From: an uncultured bacterium
GTDB lineage: Bacteria > Patescibacteriota > Minisyncoccia > UBA6257 > 2-01-FULL-56-20
Length of the DNA: 64,000 nucleotides
Direction: 5' to 3'
Assembly: GCA_963696395.1 (NCBI GenBank)
Contig: CAVOJZ010000002.1
Location: forward strand, 720,619 to 784,618
Shown here: piece by piece, positions 45,308 through 54,652 of the stretch
Layout of the letters: every line of letters begins with the position of its first letter
Numbering within the stretch: position 1 is the stretch's first letter
Notes under the pieces: model-generated
The model's input: only the letters and a program-made list of their open reading frames with translations
Told to the model about the DNA's origin: nothing
The model's database searches: none
Position numbers and translations under genes: made by a program

Positions 45308-45736
45308 TTATCCTGTGCGTTCGCTCGTGCTTCCGCCGCGCCAGGTTTTTCCTTTCCAGATATCGTAGATATGAGTTGCGGAGACTTTGAAGCGTACGGC
45401 AAGCTCCCGCGCGGTCAAATTCGGATTTTCCCGCTTTAGTTTGCGTATGGTAGCGACTTCTTCCGGGGTGAGCCGGGACGCCATGCGGCGGAAGCGCCTG
45501 CGCTCTTCGGTCGGCGCCGCGGAGGGGTCGTTATGTTCAGATCGCCACGAAAGGCCGTTGAGGATGTTTCTCATATGGCTGATCGAGACGCCAAACCGCT
45601 CCGCGAGTTCATGAGGGGAGATATCCGGGTCATCAGCCTTCATTTTGCGGATTGCAGCAACCTCGTATTCGTTGAGGCGGGAGGGCAATCGGTGATATTG
45701 CCTCCGATCTTTTTCCTTTATCGGCTGGGTGTCCAT
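45308..45736 (-). CDS. small protein with two tandem HTH-like repeats
   Basis: Repeat 1 (LPSRLNEYEVAAIRKMKADDPDISPHELAERFGVSISHMRNILNGLSWR) and repeat 2 (MASRLTPEEVATIRKLKRENPNLTARELAVRFKVSATHIYDIWKGKTWR) align. Confidence 0.5.
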   Translation of the reverse strand: MDTQPIKEKDRRQYHRLPSRLNEYEVAAIRKMKADDPDISPHELAERFGVSISHMRNILNGLSWRSEHNDPSAAPTEERRRFRRMASRLTPEEVATIRKLKRENPNLTARELAVRFKVSATHIYDIWKGKTWRGGSTSERTG

Positions 45737-45765
45737 GGTATTAATAATAATACAGCTTGGGATAG

Positions 45766-47358
45766 ATGTTTGTTACATGTCTGAATATGGTTTCCGAGGC
45801 TTGGAAAAGCTACGTATTTGGGATACTATCAAGATTCATGGAAGACCAGGAACTAATCAGATATAAAAAATACCTCAAAGAGCGACTTGCGTCGTTTAAC
45901 GGAATTTTTACAAAAGCATCCACCGGTGATTATTCCGAAGACGTTGTCATGCCGCCGGCAAACGATGAATTCGTGGAGCTTTCTGCCGGCATACAAGTGA
46001 TGATCGAAGCGATCCGCGGAAGAATCAGTGCACTCGAGTCGGAGGTCGCGGAACGCAAATATCAGGCTTCGCACGATTCACTCACCGGTTTGCCGAACCG
46101 ACATTCATTTGAGGAGCGGGCAATAAAATTAGCCGCGGAAGCGCATCGCGACGACAAGAAGATGGCGTTTTTATATTTCGACATAGACCGGTTCAAGCAG
46201 GTGAACGATGTATTCGGACATCTCGTCGGAGACGTTCTTCTCCAGGAATTTGCGCGGCGGATCACTTCATGTATGCGCGAAGATGATATTATCGGACGCC
46301 TTGGCGGCGACGAATTTGTCGTGATCCTCAAGGACATCAAAGCCCGTTACGAAGTTGTGCGGATCATGAAGAAAGTTATCAAGGCGTTGGAGTCGCCCAT
46401 ACCATTCGAGTCGCGAACCATATTCCTTTCAACGAGTATCGGCATCGCCATGTTTCCGCGCGACGGAAGAGATGTGCGGTCGCTCATTGCCAATTCCGAT
46501 GTCGCTTTGCTTAATGCAAAACAGTCGGGCAGAAACCACTATCGGTTTTATCAGGCCGCCATGAATAAGGAGGCGTCGTCACGGTTGAATGTTGTCCAAG
46601 AATTGCGGCAGGCGTTGCTTGCGCGGCAGATTGAGGTTTATTATCAACCCGTCGTTGACTCAAGCACTCGGAAGGTGATAAGCGTGGAGGCGCTGCTTCG
46701 ATGGCATCACCCGGAGCGAGGCCTCGTGTCCGCCTCCGAATTTATTTCTATTGCCGAAGATCATGGAATCATGAAGATGCTGGGAGAGGAAACGCTGAGG
46801 ACTGTTTTTGCCCAGCAGGGGAGGTGGCTGCATCAGGGCCTTCCTCAAATGAGGATTGCGGTGAATCTTTCCCCGCGGGAATTTACCGACAGTCGTTTCA
46901 TCGACAAAGTCAAAAAACTGCTTTCGGAAAATAACCTCCCGCCCTCCTTTCTCGAATTTGAAATTGTGGAAACCCTGGCCATGGAAAACATTGAACTTGC
47001 AAAAGACCGCTTCAAGATGCTCCACAAGCTTGGGGTGCATATTGCCATAGACGATTTTGGCGTCGGCTACTCTTCGCTCGGCTATCTGAAAGATTTGCCG
47101 ATCGATACGTTAAAAATCGACCAGTCGTTTATCAAGCACGGCATTAAAAATCCACACAACCAGGCAATCGTGCGATCGATCATTTCTCTTGGGCACAACT
47201 TGAACGTAAAAGTCATTGCGGAGGGCGTTGAAACGGAAGAGCAATTGCAGTTTTTGCGGGAGCTCGGGTGCGACGGGGTGCAGGGGTACTACATTGCCCG
47301 ACCGATGCAATCAGAAAAATTAGCAAATTGGGCGTCCGCCTTCGAACCGATTATTTAG
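45766..47358 (+). CDS. GGDEF-EAL domain protein (diguanylate cyclase/phosphodiesterase)
   Basis: GGDEF motifs (LTGLPNRHSFEE, RLGGDEFVVIL). EAL motifs (EALLRW, YYQP, IAIDDFGVGYSSLGYLKDLPIDTLKIDQSF). The start may be the Met at MEDQELIRY. Confidence 0.9.
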   Translation: MFVTCLNMVSEAWKSYVFGILSRFMEDQELIRYKKYLKERLASFNGIFTKASTGDYSEDVVMPPANDEFVELSAGIQVMIEAIRGRISALESEVAERKYQASHDSLTGLPNRHSFEERAIKLAAEAHRDDKKMAFLYFDIDRFKQVNDVFGHLVGDVLLQEFARRITSCMREDDIIGRLGGDEFVVILKDIKARYEVVRIMKKVIKALESPIPFESRTIFLSTSIGIAMFPRDGRDVRSLIANSDVALLNAKQSGRNHYRFYQAAMNKEASSRLNVVQELRQALLARQIEVYYQPVVDSSTRKVISVEALLRWHHPERGLVSASEFISIAEDHGIMKMLGEETLRTVFAQQGRWLHQGLPQMRIAVNLSPREFTDSRFIDKVKKLLSENNLPPSFLEFEIVETLAMENIELAKDRFKMLHKLGVHIAIDDFGVGYSSLGYLKDLPIDTLKIDQSFIKHGIKNPHNQAIVRSIISLGHNLNVKVIAEGVETEEQLQFLRELGCDGVQGYYIARPMQSEKLANWASAFEPII

Positions 47359-47376
47359 GTTTGTTATCATTAGGGT

Positions 47377-47934
47377 ATGCATCCACGTGGATTTACGCTC
47401 ATCGAAATGATGATTGTTCTTGCGATCATTGTCATAATTGGCACGACCGTAACGCTCAATCTGTTCGGCAATCGATCGCATGCCGATCTCACAAACACCG
47501 CAAAGGAAATTGCGACAACCCTAAGACAGGCTCAAAGCGATTCATTGTCAAGCGAACAGGGTGGCGCTTGGGGCGTGCATTTTGATAATACAAGCTCAAC
47601 CCAGCCATATTATTCTTTAGTTTATACGTCGTCGACCAACATTGGTGGCGGCCTTACTGGCGGGAGTAGTGGTAGTGGATTCGTGATTACTACCGTGGGT
47701 CAATATAACCTGCCTGCCGATGTTTGTTATGCGTCATCGAGCATTGCGATAGGATCATCCACGAATATTTTTTTTAGCGAGGTTTCGGGTGCGCCGTCGG
47801 CAACGGCAACTATCGTTTTGGATCTGGTATTTGGCGGCGGTTGCCCATCGGTCACCGGAGGATCTTCCTCGACCATAACCAGGAGCGAAAGCGGGGAGTT
47901 ATTTTTTGATGACTTTAATCGGACAGTTTTATGA
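47377..47934 (+). CDS. type IV pilin/pseudopilin (prepilin-type N-terminal cleavage/methylation domain)
   Basis: MHPRG|FTLIEMMIVLAIIVIIG: canonical G-FTLIE class III signal and hydrophobic helix. Confidence 0.8.
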   Translation: MHPRGFTLIEMMIVLAIIVIIGTTVTLNLFGNRSHADLTNTAKEIATTLRQAQSDSLSSEQGGAWGVHFDNTSSTQPYYSLVYTSSTNIGGGLTGGSSGSGFVITTVGQYNLPADVCYASSSIAIGSSTNIFFSEVSGAPSATATIVLDLVFGGGCPSVTGGSSSTITRSESGELFFDDFNRTVL

Positions 47935-48493
47935 TGCCACCATGGGAAACGCAAAACAAATAATCATATCAGTTCTCGTGGTGATTCTGGTTGCTGTCGT
48001 TGGGACGATGGTGTTTATATTTTCGAGGAAAGGGGGTGGCGCCGTTACGACCGTTGTTTCTGCGCCATCTTCATCTCCAGCTGGCATCTCCGAAGTCACG
48101 CTCAATAAAAGCGATTATGAGATCGCTTTAGCCGCCGCCGCCGCGTGGCAATCAGATGCGGCGCTTTCAAAGATGACATTGGTTGATGAGCCGAGCGACG
48201 CCTGGGATTTCATTTTCGTTTCGCCAAAGAAAAAGAACGCTGGGTTTGAGATTGAAGTATCCGAGCAAACGGTCGTGAGCTCAACGCCCATTACGCTTGC
48301 CGGTGGCGGAAACGCCCTGCCGGCAGATCTTATCTCTCCCGACCAGGCGATTGAGCAGGCACGCGCGGTTCCCGGGTATGGCAAGGCCGTGATCACTTCC
48401 GTTGAATTATCGTACAACGCTGCGGCGAAGCAATGGTACTGGGGAGTGCGAACGAGCGCCGGTGTCACGCTTACTATTAATGCCACGCAATAA
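47906..48493 (+). CDS. membrane-anchored hypothetical protein in the pilin locus
   Basis: N-terminal TM (IIISVLVVILVAVVGTMVFIF). No motif. Confidence 0.45.
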   Translation: MMTLIGQFYDATMGNAKQIIISVLVVILVAVVGTMVFIFSRKGGGAVTTVVSAPSSSPAGISEVTLNKSDYEIALAAAAAWQSDAALSKMTLVDEPSDAWDFIFVSPKKKNAGFEIEVSEQTVVSSTPITLAGGGNALPADLISPDQAIEQARAVPGYGKAVITSVELSYNAAAKQWYWGVRTSAGVTLTINATQ

Positions 48494-48494
48494 G

Positions 48495-51400
48495 ATGACC
48501 GCTAAAAAATATTTCATTTTTCCCGCAGCTCTTGTGATGATGTTTGCTGTTTTTGTCCCCAGGGCGCATGCTGCGATCTCATTGGATGCGTCTTCAACGT
48601 TCGGATTTTCGAGCCGCGCAACAGCCACAACAACGGCAGTCGTCCACTCGGGCAGTAATGAAATCTTGCTTATGTGTGTCGCAGCCAATGCAGTTACTAT
48701 CACTCCTCCAACGGTGAATGGAACTCCGATGACGCTTCTATCATCAAGCACCCATTCCACCAAACAAGCCGCCTTGTTTTATCTCTCAAGTGCGCCTGTT
48801 GGAACCGACAACATCTCGAGCACTTTTTCAGGGGCATCTGCGGGAGGATTTGTTATTACTTCGCTATTTGGCGTTGCCTCAACGCCGGTTGATGTCACTT
48901 CCACGAACACTGGAACGAGTGCGAATCCTTCTTCTTCAATCACGACGACGGTGGCGAATGACTGGGTTGTTGATTGCAATGCCCACCCGAATACGAGCGC
49001 CACTACGGCGCATGGAGCCGGACAAAATGTTATTGGTCAAGATATCTCTTCGTCCGCAACGGAAGCAAATTCGAGCTATGTTACGTCAACGTCTCCAACA
49101 ACGATTGTGAACAGCTGGACCTATGCGGGGTCGCAGCTGTGGGTTTCAATACAGGCAGCGCTTGTGCCAAGTGGAGCTCCTGACGCCACTTCTGTTTCTA
49201 CGACGATGGGCGGCGACGGAGGGCGAAGCGGCGACAGCATAACTGTGTCTGGAGTCAATTTTGGTACCGTTGCAACGAGCAATGCAGCAACGTGCAACGG
49301 CGGGGCGGGAACCGGATGTGTTGAATTCATTACGGGCGGGACTGACATAGTGCCGAGTTCGAGCATCACCTCTTGGAGCAGTACGTCGATTGTTTTTACT
49401 ATTCCAGCGACATTAAAATCGAATGGAGGGGCGGCGGGTCTGCAGGTGTGGGCCGCGAATGCAAGCGACACGACGCCGCTCACATTCTATATTTATCCGA
49501 GGATTTCCACGGTCCTTTCAATCCAATCGAATGCCGCGCGCATTTATAACGCAGGCGATACCGACGGCGTCATCATGCTTTCCGGAGATCACTTTGGCAC
49601 CACAACAGGAACCTCAAGCATTCTTGGTTTTCTTGCCACCTTATACAACACGACCGGCGGTTCATGTTCCGTTGCGGGCTTCGCGTCAACAACGGCCTGT
49701 TTCGAAGTGCCTACCGGCATTGCGACGAATACCTATACCGGGAATATTATTTTGACCCGGGCGTCCGACAGCAAGCAGGCGTCAACAACCGCTAACTCAT
49801 TCAGTATCCTGCCAAGGATTTTAGCCGTGAATCCCGTGAGCACCTCAACGGGGAACATTGTGCAGATTATAGGCGACCATTTATGCCAATCAGGAACGTG
49901 CCCCCTGCTCCTGAATCGCTCAACGTCGACGACGAACGTTGCTTTTGGTTCGACGATCGCCCTTAATTCAGATTTTGTTTCGCAGACCGGCGGGTCGGGT
50001 GTGTGTAATGGCAGTGGTGCAGCCTGGCAAGACGGAGAGATCTGCGTTAAAGTTCCTGTCGCGGCAGCGACCGGCTCTGCGCCTATTGTGGTCACCTCAA
50101 ATATCAACACTTCCACGGCCGCATCATTTACCGTGACGCCGCCGGCGCCACCGGGGACGACGACGGCTCCAACCTACACCTCAGTGAGTTCGAATTCGCT
50201 GACAGTGAATTGGACGGCTGCTTCCGGTATGCCGACGTATTATAAAATCCAGCGGGCAACTTCAACGCAGGTGTTTGTTCAAATAGCCACAACGACTGCA
50301 ACTTCATCGCCTGACAGCGGCTTGTCGCAAGGTACCACTTATTACTATCGAATAGTGGCGACAAACGCCGGAGGCGATGGATCGCCGAGCGCGAGTTCGA
50401 GCGTCACCACATCGGCAGGAAACTCACCGCCAAATGCCCCGACGCTGGCCGCGCCCTCGAACGGTGCGCAAGGCGTGGCAACTTCGCCTGTTTTTCAGAT
50501 GACGGCCACCGATCCGGATGGTGACGCGATTCAATACGAGGTCGTTTTATATACCGACTCGGGATGCACGGCGACGTCGTCCATATACAACGAGAGTTCC
50601 ACCCAGAGTGGTTGGTCGGGGCAGAATGCCACATCGAGTTCGCAGGGGGATTCGTACCTGTCCGGTTCGCAAGGAACATACACATTACAGTCAACGCTTC
50701 CAACCGGAACCGTCTATTATTGGGCCGCAATGGCGAAAGACCCATTGGGCACGAATAGCTGGGGAGCCTCTTCTGCTTGCTACGGCTTTACGACTACTTC
50801 AGGCAAATGGACGGTAGATTCAGGGAATTGGAACATTAGCTCTGGAAGTCTGGGGGTGAGCTCAACCGCGTCAACGGTTCAACTGCATGTTACGGGAGCA
50901 AACTATGCCGATGCCGTTGTCGAATATCTCGCGGAAAGAGGGGGGATACTAACTAATGGAAAAATCGCGACAATTACCCACGCGAGTGGTACAAATAATT
51001 ACTCGTTTAATTATTTTTCTCAAGATTTTATCTCAAAAACCGACAATAATGTATCTACAACCATCGCTTCGTCATCCTATGGTTATAGCGGTGAGACCAC
51101 GTATGATTTTCGGCAGTCAGTTTCAAGCATCGGAGGATCTCAGACGTCACTTGCATCCTGGATTAATGGCGGAACGCCTCTTTCAAAGACTGATTCAAAT
51201 ACCGATCTTTCTGGTGCAGGCAGTGTCGGTTTAACGGTGAACGGGTCAAGTCTTTTTTCTTTCTCCGACTTCGCTATTTATAAAAGCACCGTTATTTCTG
51301 TGAGCGGTCTGCAGGATGGATCCTCTTGGGCGATTCTTGATTCACAAGGCAATAAAATTCTCGGATGCCAAACAGGAAGCTCTCTCGATCTTTCCACGTA

Positions 51401-51662
51401 TTCGGGCCAGATACCTATTGATTATGCCCGCGGTGGAGGAAGTATTGTTGCGTGGCTCGGCGCTTCAAATTGTCCAACAAGCGGAAGCGGTCCTAGCAGT
51501 AGTGTTAAAATTGCATATCCGTCCTCCGGTCTCGCAACTGATATCTTTGGAGGGGATTCGTATTCGATCAACGTTAACCCCGGTGGAACGGTCGTCGGGG
51601 GAGGGACGATTCTTGCAACGTCTTCGATCACGGTAAATTCCGCCGGTTCGGTGAGCTTCTGA
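48495..51662 (+). CDS. giant secreted adhesin-like protein with Ig/IPT-like and FN3 domains
   Basis: Signal peptide MTAKKYFIFPAALVMMFAVFVPRAHA. FN3 domain (PTYTSVSSNSLTVNWTAASG...YYKIQRA...TTYYYRIVATNAGG) and Ser/Thr-rich beta regions. Start trimmed to the Met directly after the upstream stop. Confidence 0.7.
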   Translation: MTAKKYFIFPAALVMMFAVFVPRAHAAISLDASSTFGFSSRATATTTAVVHSGSNEILLMCVAANAVTITPPTVNGTPMTLLSSSTHSTKQAALFYLSSAPVGTDNISSTFSGASAGGFVITSLFGVASTPVDVTSTNTGTSANPSSSITTTVANDWVVDCNAHPNTSATTAHGAGQNVIGQDISSSATEANSSYVTSTSPTTIVNSWTYAGSQLWVSIQAALVPSGAPDATSVSTTMGGDGGRSGDSITVSGVNFGTVATSNAATCNGGAGTGCVEFITGGTDIVPSSSITSWSSTSIVFTIPATLKSNGGAAGLQVWAANASDTTPLTFYIYPRISTVLSIQSNAARIYNAGDTDGVIMLSGDHFGTTTGTSSILGFLATLYNTTGGSCSVAGFASTTACFEVPTGIATNTYTGNIILTRASDSKQASTTANSFSILPRILAVNPVSTSTGNIVQIIGDHLCQSGTCPLLLNRSTSTTNVAFGSTIALNSDFVSQTGGSGVCNGSGAAWQDGEICVKVPVAAATGSAPIVVTSNINTSTAASFTVTPPAPPGTTTAPTYTSVSSNSLTVNWTAASGMPTYYKIQRATSTQVFVQIATTTATSSPDSGLSQGTTYYYRIVATNAGGDGSPSASSSVTTSAGNSPPNAPTLAAPSNGAQGVATSPVFQMTATDPDGDAIQYEVVLYTDSGCTATSSIYNESSTQSGWSGQNATSSSQGDSYLSGSQGTYTLQSTLPTGTVYYWAAMAKDPLGTNSWGASSACYGFTTTSGKWTVDSGNWNISSGSLGVSSTASTVQLHVTGANYADAVVEYLAERGGILTNGKIATITHASGTNNYSFNYFSQDFISKTDNNVSTTIASSSYGYSGETTYDFRQSVSSIGGSQTSLASWINGGTPLSKTDSNTDLSGAGSVGLTVNGSSLFSFSDFAIYKSTVISVSGLQDGSSWAILDSQGNKILGCQTGSSLDLSTYSGQIPIDYARGGGSIVAWLGASNCPTSGSGPSSSVKIAYPSSGLATDIFGGDSYSINVNPGGTVVGGGTILATSSITVNSAGSVSF

Positions 51663-51684
51663 TTCGCTGTGGTAAACTGAACAA

Positions 51685-52338
51685 ATGGAACGGTTTGCAT
51701 CAGAAAAAGCCCAATCGCTCATCGAGGTCTTAATCGGAATTGCGCTCGGCGCACTCTTTGTTATTGGGACCGCCACCATTATCGCGCCTTCCTTGCAAAC
51801 CAATACCGGCGTTATTCAGGTACAGGTTCGTGCTCAGCTTGCAAACGAGCTTGCGGGAAACGTGAGGAGCTGGGCCGCCGGGAATTGGAACAGCGTGCTG
51901 AGTCTCGCTACGGGCACATCGAGAAACTATTATCTGGGTACTGCGACGTCATCGTTTTCCGTTGCGAGCGGAACCGAGCTAATCACCATAAATTCGCAAG
52001 CTTACAATCGTTTTTTTTACGTGAATGACGTATATCGCGATTCGAATGGGAATGTCACGACAACGATAAGCGGCAATAGCTACGATCCTTCGACAAAACT
52101 AATTTCGATTTTCGTTGCCGCCTCAAGTACGCAGCTGTCGGCATCCACGAGCATAGCCATTTACGTCACACGCAATACTGACAATATTATGAATCAAACG
52201 AGCTGGGCCGGTTCGTCGAGCCAAAATAGTGCGGTGACCATGATTGGCACGGGATTTGCAACTTCAAGCAATATTTCAATAACCGCAAGCGGATCTCTCC
52301 AGCTTGCACCGCCGCCCGGTGGCGCCTGCGTACTATGA
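51685..52338 (+). CDS. pilin-like protein (minor pseudopilin candidate)
   Basis: N-terminus KAQSLIEVLIGIALGALFVIG resembles a prepilin signal: Glu at +5 if cleaved after Ala, followed by a hydrophobic helix. Confidence 0.5.
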   Translation: MERFASEKAQSLIEVLIGIALGALFVIGTATIIAPSLQTNTGVIQVQVRAQLANELAGNVRSWAAGNWNSVLSLATGTSRNYYLGTATSSFSVASGTELITINSQAYNRFFYVNDVYRDSNGNVTTTISGNSYDPSTKLISIFVAASSTQLSASTSIAIYVTRNTDNIMNQTSWAGSSSQNSAVTMIGTGFATSSNISITASGSLQLAPPPGGACVL

Positions 52339-54599
52339 CCATAAAAAAAATAACATTTGCAATAGTGTTTTTATCGGGACTCGCGTTGTCGGGCGGAATT
52401 TCTCGCGCCGCAACTATAACGTGGACCGCAGGAGGTGCAGGCACTTGGGCGAGTTCAACGAACTGGACGCCGGCTGTCGTCCCGACGTCAACCGACGTGG
52501 TTATTTTTTCTGGTTCAAGCACGCAAAATTGTACTATTAATACGCCGGCTATCGTCACCGGAATAACCATTACTTCCGCCTATTCAGGCACTATAATTCA
52601 AGGTCCCGGGCAGGCTATCACGGTCGGCAGCTCCGGATATTCGCAGGCGTCAGGTACTTTTTCCGGAGCTTCATCGCCGATCACCATAAACGGGCCATTT
52701 ACATTGGGCGCCGGTTCGACGTTCCAGAGTACGTCAAATAAACTCACCCTTGACGCATCGTCAACGTTTTCCGGGACTTTCCAAAATAATTCGAGCACTG
52801 TTGTTTTTAATGCGACATCGTCCGGTGCGACAATCACCGGATCGTTAACTTTGTACAATCTTCAGTTTGGCGACGGAACGGGTGGTAATAATATTTTGAC
52901 CATCCCCGCCGGGACGGTACTCACGGCCCAGAATTATCTTTATATGGACACAAATTCGACTGCGATTCAGTTGCTTGGGGGAGGACAAGTAAAAGTCAAC
53001 GGCAATATCGAAGCAGGATATCTGCCGACGTACGCAACCGGCACTGTCGGTATTTTCGTAAACGGTTCGTCCAGCCAGATAATCGGGGACGATTCGGTAG
53101 CCAATCACGGCGCGGGTGATTCCTTGTTTCTTCCGAGCCTCACGGTTTCAAATAGCGGGACGGTGGCGTATGTTGAGGGGACGGTAGTTATAACGGGAAG
53201 TTCGACTATTTCACAGGGAGAATTGGGTCTCGCCACCGGTACTTCTCCGACTTCATTTGAGGTTGACGGAACGCTTACAATTGGTTTTAGCGGGGTGCTT
53301 TCGGATTATCCGGTCACAACCTCAACCATAAAACTTGGATCCTCAGTGTCGAATTCCGGCCTTGTGTGGTTTGATGGGGGAGGCCAGGGATGCCCCGTGA
53401 CAACGCCGAATTACGTTGTCATAAATTCGACAACAACCGGCCAGCAGGTTCCGTGGTCTGTGGGCGGATTGGGAAACTTTGTCATGCGGTACGTGAGCGT
53501 GAAAGACCAAACCGGCACGGCGTCGATATCGGACATCAACGGATCCTTTTCGAACGTGGGAGGCGGTTGGAATCTCATAACCGGCGCGCCGGAAATTCAG
53601 CTTGTACAGACGTCAACTGCGCAGGGTATTAATTCTCCGTTGCAGGTAAATCAATCATTCAATTTTCGTCCGCGAGCCGGCGATCTCATTCTCGTTGCAA
53701 TCTCCGGTAAAGGAATTGGCCTTGTGATCTCGGCTCCAACAGACACCTATAACAATACGTACCAACTGATTGCATCTACCACTTTCGCCGATTTATACCA
53801 TAATTTATCGCTTTATTATGCGCGGGATATTATGAGCGGCGGCGGAAATTTTATTATAGGGACGGGAGGAACGGCGACGTCGGGCAATATAAGTCTTAGC
53901 ATTGCTGTGTATGATTATACCGGGGTTGCGCCATCGTCAACGTTCGATACGTCAAGCGTGAACGACGGCACTATTACAACGAGTACGCCGACATATACAT
54001 CGCTTTCCGCGAATGGATCATCTCCAAATGAGTTGTACTTCGGCATCGCGAGTAACATCAATACGACAACACCGGTAACCTCCACGCCGGGCTGGGCCCA
54101 GGAAGCCGGTTTTTATTATCCACAAGCTGGCACCCCTCTCTATGCCGAGGATTTTTCAACCTCGACTATTATTTCGACATCAGCGCAATGGACGGCCGTA
54201 ACATCGACCCAATATGCCGCTATCATCGGTATTTTCCGTGCCCCTTATCGGGAACTGTATCAACCGAGTGGCAGTTTGGATTCGCAAACATTCGATACCG
54301 GCGTCGCTTCCGGTTCGCAGATTAACTCAATTTTATGGCAGGGGACAGCGCCGGCGAATTCAAAGGTTGAGTTTCAGTTTGCCGGCAGCTCTTCGTCAAG
54401 CGGTCCGTGGACCTATTATGGTCCCGGCGGAAGCACGGCAACCTATTATGGCCCTGCGACACCCGGAGTTTTGCAAAGTGTTGATTATAATCTGTTCAGC
54501 GGCTCTCGTTTTTTCCGCTATCGAATATACCTTTTTGCAGACACAACGTATCAATATACCCCAACCGTTAACCAGGTAACGGTAAACTGGAGCCCGTAA
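52335..54599 (+). CDS. large secreted Thr/Ser/Gly-rich protein (beta-helix/adhesin-like)
   Basis: Signal peptide MTIKKITFAIVFLSGLALSGGISRA. 754 aa of repetitive G/S/T-rich beta sequence. Confidence 0.65.
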   Translation: MTIKKITFAIVFLSGLALSGGISRAATITWTAGGAGTWASSTNWTPAVVPTSTDVVIFSGSSTQNCTINTPAIVTGITITSAYSGTIIQGPGQAITVGSSGYSQASGTFSGASSPITINGPFTLGAGSTFQSTSNKLTLDASSTFSGTFQNNSSTVVFNATSSGATITGSLTLYNLQFGDGTGGNNILTIPAGTVLTAQNYLYMDTNSTAIQLLGGGQVKVNGNIEAGYLPTYATGTVGIFVNGSSSQIIGDDSVANHGAGDSLFLPSLTVSNSGTVAYVEGTVVITGSSTISQGELGLATGTSPTSFEVDGTLTIGFSGVLSDYPVTTSTIKLGSSVSNSGLVWFDGGGQGCPVTTPNYVVINSTTTGQQVPWSVGGLGNFVMRYVSVKDQTGTASISDINGSFSNVGGGWNLITGAPEIQLVQTSTAQGINSPLQVNQSFNFRPRAGDLILVAISGKGIGLVISAPTDTYNNTYQLIASTTFADLYHNLSLYYARDIMSGGGNFIIGTGGTATSGNISLSIAVYDYTGVAPSSTFDTSSVNDGTITTSTPTYTSLSANGSSPNELYFGIASNINTTTPVTSTPGWAQEAGFYYPQAGTPLYAEDFSTSTIISTSAQWTAVTSTQYAAIIGIFRAPYRELYQPSGSLDSQTFDTGVASGSQINSILWQGTAPANSKVEFQFAGSSSSSGPWTYYGPGGSTATYYGPATPGVLQSVDYNLFSGSRFFRYRIYLFADTTYQYTPTVNQVTVNWSP

Positions 54600-54600
54600 T

Positions 54601-54633
54601 AAAAAACCGCCCGGTGGGGTGGGGCGGTTTTTA
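54601..54633. terminator. bidirectional rho-independent terminator
   Basis: AAAAAACCGCCC-GGTGGGGTG-GGGCGGTTTTTATT, between convergent genes. Confidence 0.8.
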
Positions 54634-54652
54634 TTATCATTGCAGAATCAGG

